DNA from: Salinispira sp.
Lineage (GTDB): Bacteria; Spirochaetota; Spirochaetia; DSM-27196; Salinispiraceae
NCBI GenBank assembly: GCA_965602015.1
Contig: OZ271918.1
Location: 1,920,001-1,984,000 of the forward strand
Length of the DNA stretch: 64,000 nucleotides
Reading direction: 5' to 3'
Shown: piece after piece, positions 49,775 to 60,348 of the stretch
Layout of the letters: each line of letters starts with the position of its first letter
Numbering within the stretch: the first letter of the stretch is position 1
Notes under the pieces: generated by a model
The model's input: the letters and a program-made list of their open reading frames with translations, nothing else
The model's database searches: none
What the model was told of the DNA's origin: nothing
Program-made: the position numbers and the translations under genes

Positions 49775-50959
49775 TTAATTACTCGCCTTTATGCTCCGGA
49801 TTACCGCGATAGCCGCATCCAGCTCTTCCACGCTGTGGGCCGCTGATATTTGCACCCGGATGCGGGCTTTTCCCCGGGGCACCACGGGGTAGGAAAACGC
49901 CACCGCGTAAATATTCTTCTTCAACATGGCTGCCGCCCCGTCCACCGCCGTCTGCTCATCGTAAAACATGATGGGAATTATGGGATGAGGGAGGTCAGGG
50001 AGGGTAAATCCCATGTCGGTCAAGGCGTCGCGGAAATACTTGGTGTTCTCCCATAACCTGCGTCTGAGCTCAGGACTATTATCCCGTAAATCAAGAGCCT
50101 TGAGACTTGCGGCGACAATGGGAGGTGCCAGAGAATTCGAAAACAAATAGGGGCGGCTGCGCTGCCTCAATAGGTCGACAATAGGCTGACGGGCAGCGGT
50201 ATAGCCTCCGGAGGCTCCTCCCAGGGCCTTGCCCAGGGTTCCCGTAACGATGTCCACCCTGTCCATGACATTAAACATTTCCGCTGTACCGGCGCCGGTT
50301 CGGCCCACAAAGCCGACGGCGTGGCTGTCGTCAACCATGACCATGGCATCATACTCTTCCGCTATATCGCAAATGTCGCCAAGCGGCGCATAGGTGCCGT
50401 CCATGCTGAATACACCGTCGGTGGCAATGAGAATATGGCGGGCCCCGCCTTCCCGGGCCTGTGAAAGCGCTCTGCGCAGGTCATCGGTATCGCGGTTCTT
50501 GTATCGAAAGCGCCGGGCCTTGCACAACCGGATTCCGTCGATAATGCTGGCATGATTGAGCTCGTCGCTGACAATGGCGTCTTCGGCTCCGAGCAATGTT
50601 TCGAACAACCCGCCATTGGCGTCAAAACACGATGAGTAGAGAATCGCGTCGTCCAATCCGAGCATGGCGGCAAGACGGCTCTCGAGCAGCCGGTGCTGAT
50701 CCTGGGTACCGCAGATAAACCGCACCGAACTCATGCCGAATCCCCGGCTTTCAAGACTCGCGGCAGCCGCTGCAACAATATCGGAATGATCGCTGAGTCC
50801 GAGGTAATTATTTGCGCAGAAGTTAATATATTCGCCGTCCCGCCCCTTGAGAGTGAATTTGGGGTTCTGGGGACTGGTTATTTCAAACTCGTGTTTCCAT
50901 AATCCGGATTTCCGGATTGACGCTAACTCAGTAGTAAGATGTTCCAAAAAACTGTTCAC
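49775..50959 (-). CDS. kbl: Glycine C-acetyltransferase (2-amino-3-ketobutyrate CoA ligase)
   Basis: [39 protein letters not shown] start after AAGGAG. Confidence 0.94.
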   Translation of the reverse strand: MNSFLEHLTTELASIRKSGLWKHEFEITSPQNPKFTLKGRDGEYINFCANNYLGLSDHSDIVAAAAASLESRGFGMSSVRFICGTQDQHRLLESRLAAMLGLDDAILYSSCFDANGGLFETLLGAEDAIVSDELNHASIIDGIRLCKARRFRYKNRDTDDLRRALSQAREGGARHILIATDGVFSMDGTYAPLGDICDIAEEYDAMVMVDDSHAVGFVGRTGAGTAEMFNVMDRVDIVTGTLGKALGGASGGYTAARQPIVDLLRQRSRPYLFSNSLAPPIVAASLKALDLRDNSPELRRRLWENTKYFRDALTDMGFTLPDLPHPIIPIMFYDEQTAVDGAAAMLKKNIYAVAFSYPVVPRGKARIRVQISAAHSVEELDAAIAVIRSIKASN

Positions 50960-51023
50960 AATAACTCCTTTATTCCCTGTCGTGTGATACATCCCGGGCA
51001 GACAGCTTCCCCGTATTATACCA

Positions 51024-52352
51024 TCAAAATACCCCGGTCTGGAGCAAGAGCGGCAGGGCTAGCGAGGCGACAATCAGTAATATAACCGGCCAGTCCGCCG
51101 CTCTGGGCAGCCGTTTCACCTGGCTGTCCCCAGCGTCCTCAGGCGGACTGTCGCTGAGCTCGAAGAGCACCCTGTCAAGCCGCTGAACCAGCCCCCCGAT
51201 GCTAGCCGCACGACGGTATTCATAAATGTGTTCGAAATACCGGAGAGTGCGGGACACCAGGTTGCCAAAGTTGCCGGGAATATGCAAATCACGGCGTATT
51301 GAGAAGAGCGAAAGGAAAACCAGACCGATTATGGTGCTCCCCCGGTAGAGCCCGGATAACAGCGCGCCTTCGGTAATGGCGAAACCGGCAATTTCTCCTA
51401 GCACCCTCCCCTGGGGTATGAGAATATGGAAAAACGTCACCGAAAGCATAAGAAAAATAAAATACGCGTAAAACAGTCGTTTTCCCGCCATAAGGGTCAA
51501 AACGCCGAGAATCACCACCTGGATGATGCGCGCAAGGGGTTCGGTCGCAAGCAAATACAGGGGAATACTGAGTACGCCGGCTGCGAAGGCCCCAGGGGTG
51601 CTCAGATGGGTAACCAGTACGGATGGAAACCTCGTCGTACGCCTCCTGGCGGTAGCAGATTTTGCAGTATCCCCGGGGTTGTTCCCTGGAGGCGAATCCT
51701 GAATGCCTGTCGCCTCGAAAAACCCGGCACCCTCCGCCGTGAGAGTCCCAAAATAACGGGAAAGGCGGGCAGGCCCATCCTTTCCTGAAACCCTGAGATA
51801 TTCACGAAAAAACCAGCGGGAACGTCGTGAAAGGATTTCGGCCAAAACGCCGATTACCATCCCGGCGGCGAATCCCAGCCCGTAAAATAGCGGGAGAATG
51901 ACCCAGGCCTGTTCCCCGAAAATCACCAGCACGGAGAACACCGACTGCACCGTATTACTGGCCAATGCACCGCCGAGGCTGATGCCAAGATAGCTGATTC
52001 GCCTGCCGGCAAGACGGTAGAGACCGTACATTATAAAAAATGAGGCAAAGGAACCGGTGAGGCTCAGGAGAAACACATAGCTGGCAAGGGTTCCGTTTAT
52101 CAGCGCCTGGCCTAGGACCTTCAAAAGAGTCAGCACTATTAATGAGGGAAAATCCAGAATGGGGAACGCCATGATAATCGGGAGATTCGCAAGGCCCAGG
52201 CGGAAAAACGGAACGGGACGGGGAAAGAGGTACTCAAGGGTGGCGGCGAACATGCTGAACGCGGCGAACAGGGCGATAGAACGCATTCGCATCTCCCGGT
52301 TGTTAATGCCTTCCCTGGCCGGACCTGGTTCTGTGGATGAATTTTTTGGCAT
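51024..52352 (-). CDS. Gx transporter family membrane protein with a C-terminal membrane extension
   Basis: [18 protein letters not shown] motif and multiple TMs; start uncertain. Confidence 0.75.
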   Translation of the reverse strand: MPKNSSTEPGPAREGINNREMRMRSIALFAAFSMFAATLEYLFPRPVPFFRLGLANLPIIMAFPILDFPSLIVLTLLKVLGQALINGTLASYVFLLSLTGSFASFFIMYGLYRLAGRRISYLGISLGGALASNTVQSVFSVLVIFGEQAWVILPLFYGLGFAAGMVIGVLAEILSRRSRWFFREYLRVSGKDGPARLSRYFGTLTAEGAGFFEATGIQDSPPGNNPGDTAKSATARRRTTRFPSVLVTHLSTPGAFAAGVLSIPLYLLATEPLARIIQVVILGVLTLMAGKRLFYAYFIFLMLSVTFFHILIPQGRVLGEIAGFAITEGALLSGLYRGSTIIGLVFLSLFSIRRDLHIPGNFGNLVSRTLRYFEHIYEYRRAASIGGLVQRLDRVLFELSDSPPEDAGDSQVKRLPRAADWPVILLIVASLALPLLLQTGVF

Positions 52353-52371
52353 CGGCGCCTCAGTATCCTTT

Positions 52372-53355
52372 TTAGTGTTTTTCAAAAAATACTCCCTGAT
52401 GCCAGCCCTTTTCCTGTAAACGCCACTCAACCAGGCCCGTGAGGCGGTAATTTCTCATGTTACGCCATGAAGAATGAGAGCGCACCATAGTTGCAGGCGC
52501 GTCGGCACACAGACGGCCGATCAGTATTTCCGGCGAAAGCTGCGCCAGCACCGTTGTTAATGTATCGATATACGAGTCCACCGTCACCCCGCTTGAACGC
52601 CGAAGCTCGGCGGCCAGGGCAGAATCTCCTCCATCTGCCGCCGGCGGATTATCCGCAAGACTGCCCCAGGTGCTGCCCTGGATGAGATAGAACTGATGAA
52701 ATTTCACCATGGATACCGGGAGTCTGTTTATGTCATCGGCCGGGTTTGATTTCCCGTCCGAGCCGGGAAGCCCCAGAATCATATGAATATCCACGGGGAT
52801 TCCCCGTTCGTTGATATTGCGCACTGCATCGCGTGACTGAGCGGCGGTGCAGCCCCGGTTGGCCAGCCGCAGAACCGAATCTTCAAAGCTCTCAAGGCCC
52901 AGTTCAATGCGAATCATGGACTGACTGTAGTCCCGTGAGAGATTTTGAAAAAGCTGAAGCACATCATCGCCGATGCAATCGGGCCGGGTGCCGACAATCA
53001 GACCGCAGCAGCGGGGATGATCGAGCAACTGGCGATACCGGCTGTCCAAAAGGCTTACCGAGCCAAGGGTGCCGGTATACCCCTGTACATACGCCAGGTA
53101 CTTTTGCCCGGGATACTTGGCAGAAAACCGGGATATTCCCCGCTCCAGCTGTGTCGCCGGTGGAATGGAACTGTCGGCATTGGCGGGGAGAAAGCTTTGA
53201 GGATTGCAGTAGCTGCAGCCGCCCTGACCCGAGGGGCCGCGATTCGGACAGCTGGTCCCCAGATGGATGCTGATTTTTTGCACCCGGGATGCGAAGCGAT
53301 CTTTGAGATATTCTGAATAGTAATTGATTAGCGGTTTAGGGATTTTGCCGGGCAT
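52372..53355 (-). CDS. TIGR01212/YhcC-like radical SAM protein
   Basis: CPNR-x5-GGCSYC, GTRPDC, ELGLES, HMILGLPG. Confidence 0.88.
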   Translation of the reverse strand: MPGKIPKPLINYYSEYLKDRFASRVQKISIHLGTSCPNRGPSGQGGCSYCNPQSFLPANADSSIPPATQLERGISRFSAKYPGQKYLAYVQGYTGTLGSVSLLDSRYRQLLDHPRCCGLIVGTRPDCIGDDVLQLFQNLSRDYSQSMIRIELGLESFEDSVLRLANRGCTAAQSRDAVRNINERGIPVDIHMILGLPGSDGKSNPADDINRLPVSMVKFHQFYLIQGSTWGSLADNPPAADGGDSALAAELRRSSGVTVDSYIDTLTTVLAQLSPEILIGRLCADAPATMVRSHSSWRNMRNYRLTGLVEWRLQEKGWHQGVFFEKH

Positions 53356-53382
53356 GGATCCAATCGGAATAAAAATAACATA

Positions 53383-53456
<74 letters not shown>

Positions 53457-53592
53457 ATAGTTAATGAAAAGAACTTAAATGAAAGGGTGCAAATCTGTCA
53501 ATAGCTGTGATTCCCGGGAAGACATAAGCCATAACGCGTTTGACCACTTCTTCCTTGCTCCGGCGATGGTGAATGTGTACAATTTGGCGCTT

Positions 53593-53829
53593 ATGAAACT
53601 CAACAGCAAAACAGGCTCATATCTGACTCGCTTCATTTTCCTAGGGGTGGTGATCGGCACCCTGAGCTGGGCGATTATCGAACGGCTGCTTAGCTTCGCC
53701 GGAATCCCTCTTGACCTGAGCATTGGCCCCCTGGGTGCGGACCTTTACGTCATCTCACTGTACTTCAGGGCAAATCCCGGCACAATTCTCGGCGCACTGC
53801 TAGGATACCGCCTGTTCATCCGCGCCTGA
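53593..53829 (+). CDS. Small membrane protein (DUF4321-like)
   Basis: 78 aa with two hydrophobic segments; start uncertain. Confidence 0.55.
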   Translation: MKLNSKTGSYLTRFIFLGVVIGTLSWAIIERLLSFAGIPLDLSIGPLGADLYVISLYFRANPGTILGALLGYRLFIRA

Positions 53830-53868
53830 TCTGAAATGACCTGTTATCCCCAGTTATGAGGTAGCGAC

Positions 53869-54618
53869 ATGAAAAACAGAGGTAGCGACATGAAAAAACA
53901 GCAGATACCCTTCGTTCTTGCAAGCTCATCGCCCCAGCGGATGCGGCTTGTGGAGCAAATAGGCATTCATGCGAAGATTCTTCCAGTAGAAATCGAGGAG
54001 GACCACGATCAGGGCAGCGACGCCGCTGAACTGGTGCAAATCCTCGCCAGAGAAAAACTCGAAAAACGGCTAATGACTATCGCTTCGCCGGTCGGACAGG
54101 AGACCATGCCCGATCCCGGCGATGCGGTGATTCTCGCCGCCGATACCATCGTGGCTTTGGATCACCACAGACTTGGAAAACCCGTTGACCGGCGGCAAGC
54201 GGGAGAATTCCTCAAAGCCCTGTCAGACAGAACCCATGAGGTGCTCACCGCACAAGCGCTGTACATTCCACACCGAATACGACCCGATATACAAAAAATG
54301 AGTGGCGACGGTCTGCCGGCATTCACCACCATTGCACCCTCGGAGCTTGGCAACCTGCCCCGGGGCTACGGGGAAAACGGCATCATCGTTATGAGTACCG
54401 CAGTCACCAGAATCAGCTTGAAGGCCCTGGATGATGGGGAAATAGAGGACTATCTCTCATGGGAACAGTGGCGCGGTGCTGCCGGAGGGTATCGGGTTCA
54501 GGGCCGGGCCGGCTGCTTTCTCGATGAAATGTCCGGCTCTTATACCAATGTGGTGGGCTTGCCAATCGAAGTCTTATATGGCATACTCCGCCGAACTTCT
54601 TTTTGGGTGGATAGTTAA
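53869..54618 (+). CDS. maf: Maf family nucleoside triphosphate pyrophosphatase
   Basis: [34 protein letters not shown]. Confidence 0.9.
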   Translation: MKNRGSDMKKQQIPFVLASSSPQRMRLVEQIGIHAKILPVEIEEDHDQGSDAAELVQILAREKLEKRLMTIASPVGQETMPDPGDAVILAADTIVALDHHRLGKPVDRRQAGEFLKALSDRTHEVLTAQALYIPHRIRPDIQKMSGDGLPAFTTIAPSELGNLPRGYGENGIIVMSTAVTRISLKALDDGEIEDYLSWEQWRGAAGGYRVQGRAGCFLDEMSGSYTNVVGLPIEVLYGILRRTSFWVDS

Positions 54619-54805
54619 CCGCCACGGCAATGTGCTGCGCACAATCGCGGAAAAGAAGAAATTTCCATATCGGCTGGAGGCCGTTCACCCGAGTGAGTGG
54701 TCACAAAAGCGGTATGAGATACAGAGAAGGCTGCGGAAACATCAGCCAGAACCCACGAGTCCGGAGCTCGGGGGTAAGCCGGAAGGTGTTCCGCGAGGAG
54801 GAAAC

Positions 54806-55771
54806 GTGGCGGTAGTCACTATGAAGAATCTCCTGGAATCAGGAGTACATTTTGGTCACCAGACAAAGCGCTGGGACCCCCGCATGAAGAAATTCATTTT
54901 CGCTGAGCGAAACGGGATTCACATCATCGACCTGCAGAAAACCATCGTATGCATCAAGGAAGCCTATGAGGCTGTCCGCAAAACTGTTCTGCAGAATAAA
55001 TCCGTGCTGTTTATCGGCACCAAAAAGCAAGCCCAGGGAGCTATCAAGGAACAAGCCGAACGCTGCGGCATGTTCTACGTAAACAACCGATGGCTCGGCG
55101 GTATGCTTACCAACTTTTCGACCATCAAGAAGTCCCTACTCAGATTAAAAAAGCTCGAGAAAATGGAAGTTGACGGCACCTTCGACAGCCTCACCAAGAA
55201 GGAGATTGCCAAACTCAATAAGGAAAAAGCCAAGCTCGAAAAGAACCTCGGCGGAATTAAGGACATGAAGGATCTTCCGGGTATCATTTTTATTATTGAC
55301 ACCCGCAAGGAAGCAATCGCGGTTGCCGAAGCCCGCAGAATGGGCATTCCCATTGTCGCGGTGGTCGACACCAACTCGAATCCCGAAGGAATCGACTATC
55401 CCATCCCCGGCAACGACGACGCAATTCGCGCCATCACCCTGTTTACCGAAATTGTGGCAAATGCCGTTGTGGAAGCCGACAATGAAGCCGGTCTCCAGGT
55501 CATCGAAAGCCTCAACGAAGACGAAGAAGTAACCGAAGCCGATGCCAATGCGGACCGTGACGAAGACGATGAAATTACCGCTCCGGTTGCCACGGTTGCC
55601 GCCCCTGAAGCTGAAGCCGAAGAAGCTTCCGACGATGAAGGCTTCGCCGCGGAAGATTATTCGGATTACACTCCGGATGACAAGGAAAAGGTCACCGTCG
55701 AAAAGCCCCGGGAAATGGAGCTTGCCGACGAAGCGGGAATCGACGAAGACAAACTCAACGAAGAAGACTAA
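54806..55771 (+). CDS. rpsB: 30S ribosomal protein S2 with acidic C-terminal tail
   Basis: [31 protein letters not shown] start after GAGGAGG. Confidence 0.98.
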   Translation: MAVVTMKNLLESGVHFGHQTKRWDPRMKKFIFAERNGIHIIDLQKTIVCIKEAYEAVRKTVLQNKSVLFIGTKKQAQGAIKEQAERCGMFYVNNRWLGGMLTNFSTIKKSLLRLKKLEKMEVDGTFDSLTKKEIAKLNKEKAKLEKNLGGIKDMKDLPGIIFIIDTRKEAIAVAEARRMGIPIVAVVDTNSNPEGIDYPIPGNDDAIRAITLFTEIVANAVVEADNEAGLQVIESLNEDEEVTEADANADRDEDDEITAPVATVAAPEAEAEEASDDEGFAAEDYSDYTPDDKEKVTVEKPREMELADEAGIDEDKLNEED

Positions 55772-55783
55772 GGAGCGTTTTAC

Positions 55784-56629
55784 ATGGCAATTAGTGCTGC
55801 TGACGTAAAAAAACTGCGGGATAAAACCGGCGCGGGAATGATGGACTGCAAGAAGGCTCTCAAGGAAGCCAACGGCGATTTCGACCGCGCTGAGGAGATC
55901 CTGAAAGAACTTGGACTCGCCGCCGTAGCCAAGCGCTCCGGCCGGGCCACAGAAGAAGGCCGGGTATTTGCCTATGTGGGCGATGAAGGCGCCGGCATCA
56001 TGGAAATTTCCTGCGAAACCGATTTCGTGGCCCGAAACGAAGAATTCGCCGCCACCGGTGCCGAGCTCGTCAAGGAAGCGGTGGTTAAGAAGCTGCCCGC
56101 CGATGACGAGGGATTGGGTGCCCAGGTCGCCGAACTGGCTGCGACAATCAAGGAAAACATGAGCGTCCGCCGTCTGGAGATCCTCGATTTAGCCGATAAC
56201 CAGCTGGCGGTGGATTATATCCACGGCGAAGCCGGAAGCCTGGGGGTCATCGTGGTTCTTGATCTTTCAGATGCTTCGCTGAAAACCAACGAAAAACTGG
56301 TAGGCATCGCCAAGGACCTGGCAATGCACGCCGCAGCGTTTAATCCCCTGTACCTCAATGAGGAAGCAGTGGATCCCGCTTACCTGGCTGATCAGGAAAA
56401 GATTTTCAAGGCTCAGGCTGAGAACATGGACAAGCCCGAAAATGTCATTCAGGGCATTATCAAGGGTAAGCTCAAGAAGCATCTCAAGGAAATCTGTTTT
56501 ACCGAACAGGGCTTTGTAAAAGATGAAAAGCGCTCGGTCAACCAGGTCCTGGCGGACCTGGGCAAGGAGTTGGGTGGTGATATCAAACTAACCAACTATC
56601 TGGTATACAGGGCCGGCGAAGAACTGTAA
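55784..56629 (+). CDS. tsf: Elongation factor Ts
   Basis: [23 protein letters not shown]. Confidence 0.98.
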   Translation: MAISAADVKKLRDKTGAGMMDCKKALKEANGDFDRAEEILKELGLAAVAKRSGRATEEGRVFAYVGDEGAGIMEISCETDFVARNEEFAATGAELVKEAVVKKLPADDEGLGAQVAELAATIKENMSVRRLEILDLADNQLAVDYIHGEAGSLGVIVVLDLSDASLKTNEKLVGIAKDLAMHAAAFNPLYLNEEAVDPAYLADQEKIFKAQAENMDKPENVIQGIIKGKLKKHLKEICFTEQGFVKDEKRSVNQVLADLGKELGGDIKLTNYLVYRAGEEL

Positions 56630-56718
56630 ACTACTGTATAATGCTATTTAAGGGCTCCATCAGGTCTGGTGGGGCCCATTTACTATGCGGAACCAGTTCC
56701 GGCAACCGGAGGATTAAA

Positions 56719-57273
56719 ATGGACAGTGCATTAAAGAACCACGAAGACCGAATGAAAAAAACCATCAAGAATCTTGAAGAGGAATTTAACAATCTCAGGA
56801 CCGGCCGGGCGAGCGCGTCGCTCTTTGACAAGATCAGGGTTGATTACTACGGCACCCCTACCCCCTTGAACCAGGTTGCGAATATTTCCATTCCCGAAGC
56901 CCGCTTGGTTGTTATTCAGCCCTGGGACAAGGCCCTCATCGGCGAGATCGAAAAGGCGATTCAGAAATCCGAGCTGTCTCTCAATCCGGCAAATGACGGC
57001 AAGGTGATCAGGATCAGCATTCCGCCGCTGACGGAGGAACGCCGGAAGGAGCTGGTAAAACACGCCAAGCAGATTGCCGAAAGCAGCCGGGTAGCCATCC
57101 GAAATATCCGCCGGGACGCCAACGACGAACTGAAGAAAATGGAAAAAGCCAGCGAAATCAGCGAAGATGATTTAAAACGCGGTGAAGACAATACCCAGAA
57201 ACTGACAGATAACTATATTAAAGATATAAACGATATTCTCGATGCCAAAGAAAAGGAGATCATGGAGGTTTGA
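56719..57273 (+). CDS. frr: Ribosome recycling factor
   Basis: [32 protein letters not shown] after GGAGG. Confidence 0.97.
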   Translation: MDSALKNHEDRMKKTIKNLEEEFNNLRTGRASASLFDKIRVDYYGTPTPLNQVANISIPEARLVVIQPWDKALIGEIEKAIQKSELSLNPANDGKVIRISIPPLTEERRKELVKHAKQIAESSRVAIRNIRRDANDELKKMEKASEISEDDLKRGEDNTQKLTDNYIKDINDILDAKEKEIMEV

Positions 57274-57965
57274 GTTCCGGTTCCCCCCCGCTCCATCTGG
57301 GCATTATCATGGACGGTAACGGCCGTTGGGCGAGTCAGAAAAATCTGCCCCGCAGCGCCGGCCATCGGGAGGGCCTAAAAGCCGCCAAGGCCGTCGTCAA
57401 GGCCGCTCACGATCTGGGCATTCGCTATGTCACACTGTACACCTTCTCAACGGAAAACTGGAAGCGCACCGAAGAAGAAGTATCTTTTTTGATGAAGCTC
57501 CTCAAAAACAACCTTCGAAAAGAGTATCAGTTCTACTTAGACAATGATATCCGGGTTGTCCACTCGGGCGATATCAGCTCCCTTCCCGATGATATCAAAC
57601 AGGTCATTCGCGATGTAGAGAAGGATACCGAAGACTTTTCGGGCACCACCGTGAACCTGGCGATAAACTACGGCGGCAGGGACGAAATTCTGCGGGCAGT
57701 AAAAACCGCAGCAGATACACTCGGAGGGGTCGACTTGCTTGACGAGGAAACGGTCAGAGCGCATCTCGACCAGGCGGACATTCCCGATCTCGACCTGGTT
57801 GTACGCAGCGGAGGAGAACAGCGCCTCAGTAACTTCATGCTCTGGCGAAGCAGCTACTCGGAAATCTACTTTACCCACACTCTCTGGCCGGATTTTACTG
57901 CCGGGGAACTTCAAGAAATAATACACTGGTTCCAAGGCCGGAACCGACGCTATGGAGGCCTGTAA
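57270..57965 (+). CDS. uppS: Undecaprenyl diphosphate synthase
   Basis: [27 protein letters not shown]. Confidence 0.96.
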   Translation: MSSGSPPLHLGIIMDGNGRWASQKNLPRSAGHREGLKAAKAVVKAAHDLGIRYVTLYTFSTENWKRTEEEVSFLMKLLKNNLRKEYQFYLDNDIRVVHSGDISSLPDDIKQVIRDVEKDTEDFSGTTVNLAINYGGRDEILRAVKTAADTLGGVDLLDEETVRAHLDQADIPDLDLVVRSGGEQRLSNFMLWRSSYSEIYFTHTLWPDFTAGELQEIIHWFQGRNRRYGGL

Positions 57966-58885
57966 TGGAAATTACGCCGCAGAACCAGAACAAAGACGAG
58001 AAAACACCCTTTCCGCAGAAGCGCGGCTCGAATTTCATCGTCCGCCTTATTCTCTTCGCGGTAGCTCTTCCGGCGATCATTGCCCTTATTTTTCTTGCCC
58101 CCGAAGCATACCTCTGGCCGCTCAATGCCGTGTTGATTCTCATTGCAGTCCCCAGCGCATTCGAAGCCGCCCGTCTTTTTGGCATGAATCCGCGAAAAAC
58201 CCTTCCGCGGACCATCGGCGTCACCCTCAACGGTCTGGGGATGCCTACGGTCGCCTTTTTATGGGTTACGGGTGTCATCCAGACAAGGATGCTCTTTCCC
58301 GTGTATACGGCCATGGCCATGGCAATTCTGTTCATCCAGGTATTCCGCCAGCAAAACAAAGTTAAAAAAATATCTCCGGGAATCGGCAAGCACCTGGCAG
58401 TTCTCGCCTATCCCGGCCTTTTAATGTCTCACCTGATAATGATTACCGCCCTGCCGAATGCCAGTCTCCTTTATATGGTCTTTATCGCGGGAGTTTTTTC
58501 TAACGATACCATGGCCTATGTGGGAGGCAGACTCTTCGGGAGGCGGAGCATACACCCGGTTCCCATCAGCCCCAATAAATCACTGGTCGGCTTTATTACC
58601 GGGTACATTTTTAGCATCATCGGGATTCTCGTGGTGTATTTCATTGACAACGCCAGTTTTCCCGGCGGCCTGCCTGCGGCCCTAACCATGGGGGCTTTGG
58701 TGGGGCTCACCACCATAGTCGGCGATTTAATAGAATCCGGCCTCAAGCGCTCGGCAAAGCAGAAAGACTCTGGAATTGCAATTCCCGGAAGAGGTGGCCT
58801 GCTGGACAGCCTGGACAGTATCTTATTCACCGCACCGGTGTTTTTCTACGCATATCAGCTTTTAAACGGCATCTGGGTAATTTAG
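57965..58885 (+). CDS. cdsA: Phosphatidate cytidylyltransferase
   Basis: DTMAY..G, ISPNKS, GDLIES..KR, KDSG..IPGRGG.LD. Confidence 0.94.
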   Translation: MEITPQNQNKDEKTPFPQKRGSNFIVRLILFAVALPAIIALIFLAPEAYLWPLNAVLILIAVPSAFEAARLFGMNPRKTLPRTIGVTLNGLGMPTVAFLWVTGVIQTRMLFPVYTAMAMAILFIQVFRQQNKVKKISPGIGKHLAVLAYPGLLMSHLIMITALPNASLLYMVFIAGVFSNDTMAYVGGRLFGRRSIHPVPISPNKSLVGFITGYIFSIIGILVVYFIDNASFPGGLPAALTMGALVGLTTIVGDLIESGLKRSAKQKDSGIAIPGRGGLLDSLDSILFTAPVFFYAYQLLNGIWVI

Positions 58886-58955
58886 ATTGATGCTAGCCTA
58901 ATCGGATAATGCTGTTTCAAACCGGTCAAACAAACGACGATTCGAGGTACGTGCA

Positions 58956-60329
58956 ATGCAATTGATATACGGAATTATCGGTCTGGGACTTGTGGTTCTC
59001 ATCCACGAAGCGGGTCATTTTTTTGCCGCCCGGGCGGTGGGAATCAGGGTTGAGGTCTTTTCTATCGGCTGGGGCAGAAAGCTGTTTGGTTTCCGCCGGA
59101 ACGACACGGAGTACCGGATTTCCTGGATACCCTTGGGCGGCTTTGTAAAGATGAAGGGAGAAACCGCGTATCAGAGTGCCGTCGAAGAGGGCAAAGACCT
59201 GATCGACGCGGAACCGGACTCGTATTTCGGAGCGGCGCCGTGGCGGCGCATCATCGTCGCACTGGCCGGGCCCGCCATGAACCTTATTTTCGCTCTCATT
59301 GTGCTGTCGCTGATTAATCTCGGGGGATACGAGTACCGCAGTTTTTCTAACCGGATCGTTCTGAGCGATGATTTCCCCGAGTACTCCGCCATTGAAGGCC
59401 AAAGCTCGCCGGCATTGAGGGCGGGCTTGTCCTCCGGAGATCGAATTCTGGCGGTGGATCAAACTACCACGGAGAATTTTCAAATCCTCTCCCAGGAGCT
59501 CTCGACCAGGGCCCTCGATGAGGTTCAATTGACCGTTCTCAGAAACGGCGAACAGATTACCCGGACGGCGGAACTCCTCCTCGACCCGGAATCCGGGGCG
59601 GGCATACTTGGCATTTACCCGTATATAGAGCCGATAGTCGGCGGTCTGGCCGAGGGCAGTACGGGTAATCTACGCATCGGCGACCGCATCCTGAGCATAA
59701 ACGGCACCGAAGTCGGAAACAGTTACGAGGTGCGCCGTGCTCTTGATGGTATCGCCGTCGGTGCCGAACAGGTCAATGCGGATCTGGTCATCGAGCGGGA
59801 CGGAATGGCGCGTGAACTGGTCCACCCGCTGATGTACGATTCTGAGCGCAATATGTTGCTGCTCGGTTTTTACTATCAGCAGGGAACATACCGGGTAGCA
59901 TCTGACGGCATCTTCGATGCCCTGGCATCCGGATGGAATGAGGTGTGGGAAACCTTGGCCATGACCTTCAAGGGGCTGGGGCTGATGTTCCGGGGACTGA
60001 ACCCGATGAACGCCCTTTCCGGGCCGATAAAAATAACCATGATGGTCGGGGAAATTACCGCGGAAGGTCTATCTCAAGGTATCTCCACAGGAATCAGAGC
60101 CTTTTTCCACCTTTTGAGTCTTCTATCGGTAGCCCTCTTTTTCGGGAACCTGCTGCCCATTCCCGTTCTCGACGGGGGGCAGGTTATCATTTCCCTGGCC
60201 GAGATAATTAAACGTTCGCCAATAGGGACCAAGGCATTTTTCAGGTATCAGAGCATAGGCGCGGTTATCGTCTTCGCGTTGATAGCGTTTATTCTATTCG
60301 GAGATTTACTGTTTATCTTCACCAGATAA
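58956..60329 (+). CDS. rseP: RseP-like M50 membrane zinc protease with PDZ domains
   Basis: HEAGH, AGPAMN, NLLPIPVLDGG. Confidence 0.94.
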   Translation: MQLIYGIIGLGLVVLIHEAGHFFAARAVGIRVEVFSIGWGRKLFGFRRNDTEYRISWIPLGGFVKMKGETAYQSAVEEGKDLIDAEPDSYFGAAPWRRIIVALAGPAMNLIFALIVLSLINLGGYEYRSFSNRIVLSDDFPEYSAIEGQSSPALRAGLSSGDRILAVDQTTTENFQILSQELSTRALDEVQLTVLRNGEQITRTAELLLDPESGAGILGIYPYIEPIVGGLAEGSTGNLRIGDRILSINGTEVGNSYEVRRALDGIAVGAEQVNADLVIERDGMARELVHPLMYDSERNMLLLGFYYQQGTYRVASDGIFDALASGWNEVWETLAMTFKGLGLMFRGLNPMNALSGPIKITMMVGEITAEGLSQGISTGIRAFFHLLSLLSVALFFGNLLPIPVLDGGQVIISLAEIIKRSPIGTKAFFRYQSIGAVIVFALIAFILFGDLLFIFTR

Positions 60330-60348
60330 CGGGTTGAGAGGTTTTTTC

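Noticed and set aside
54476..54805. 110-aa N-terminal extension of S2
   Set aside because: Overlaps maf and the leader; a strong RBS supports the GTG at 54806
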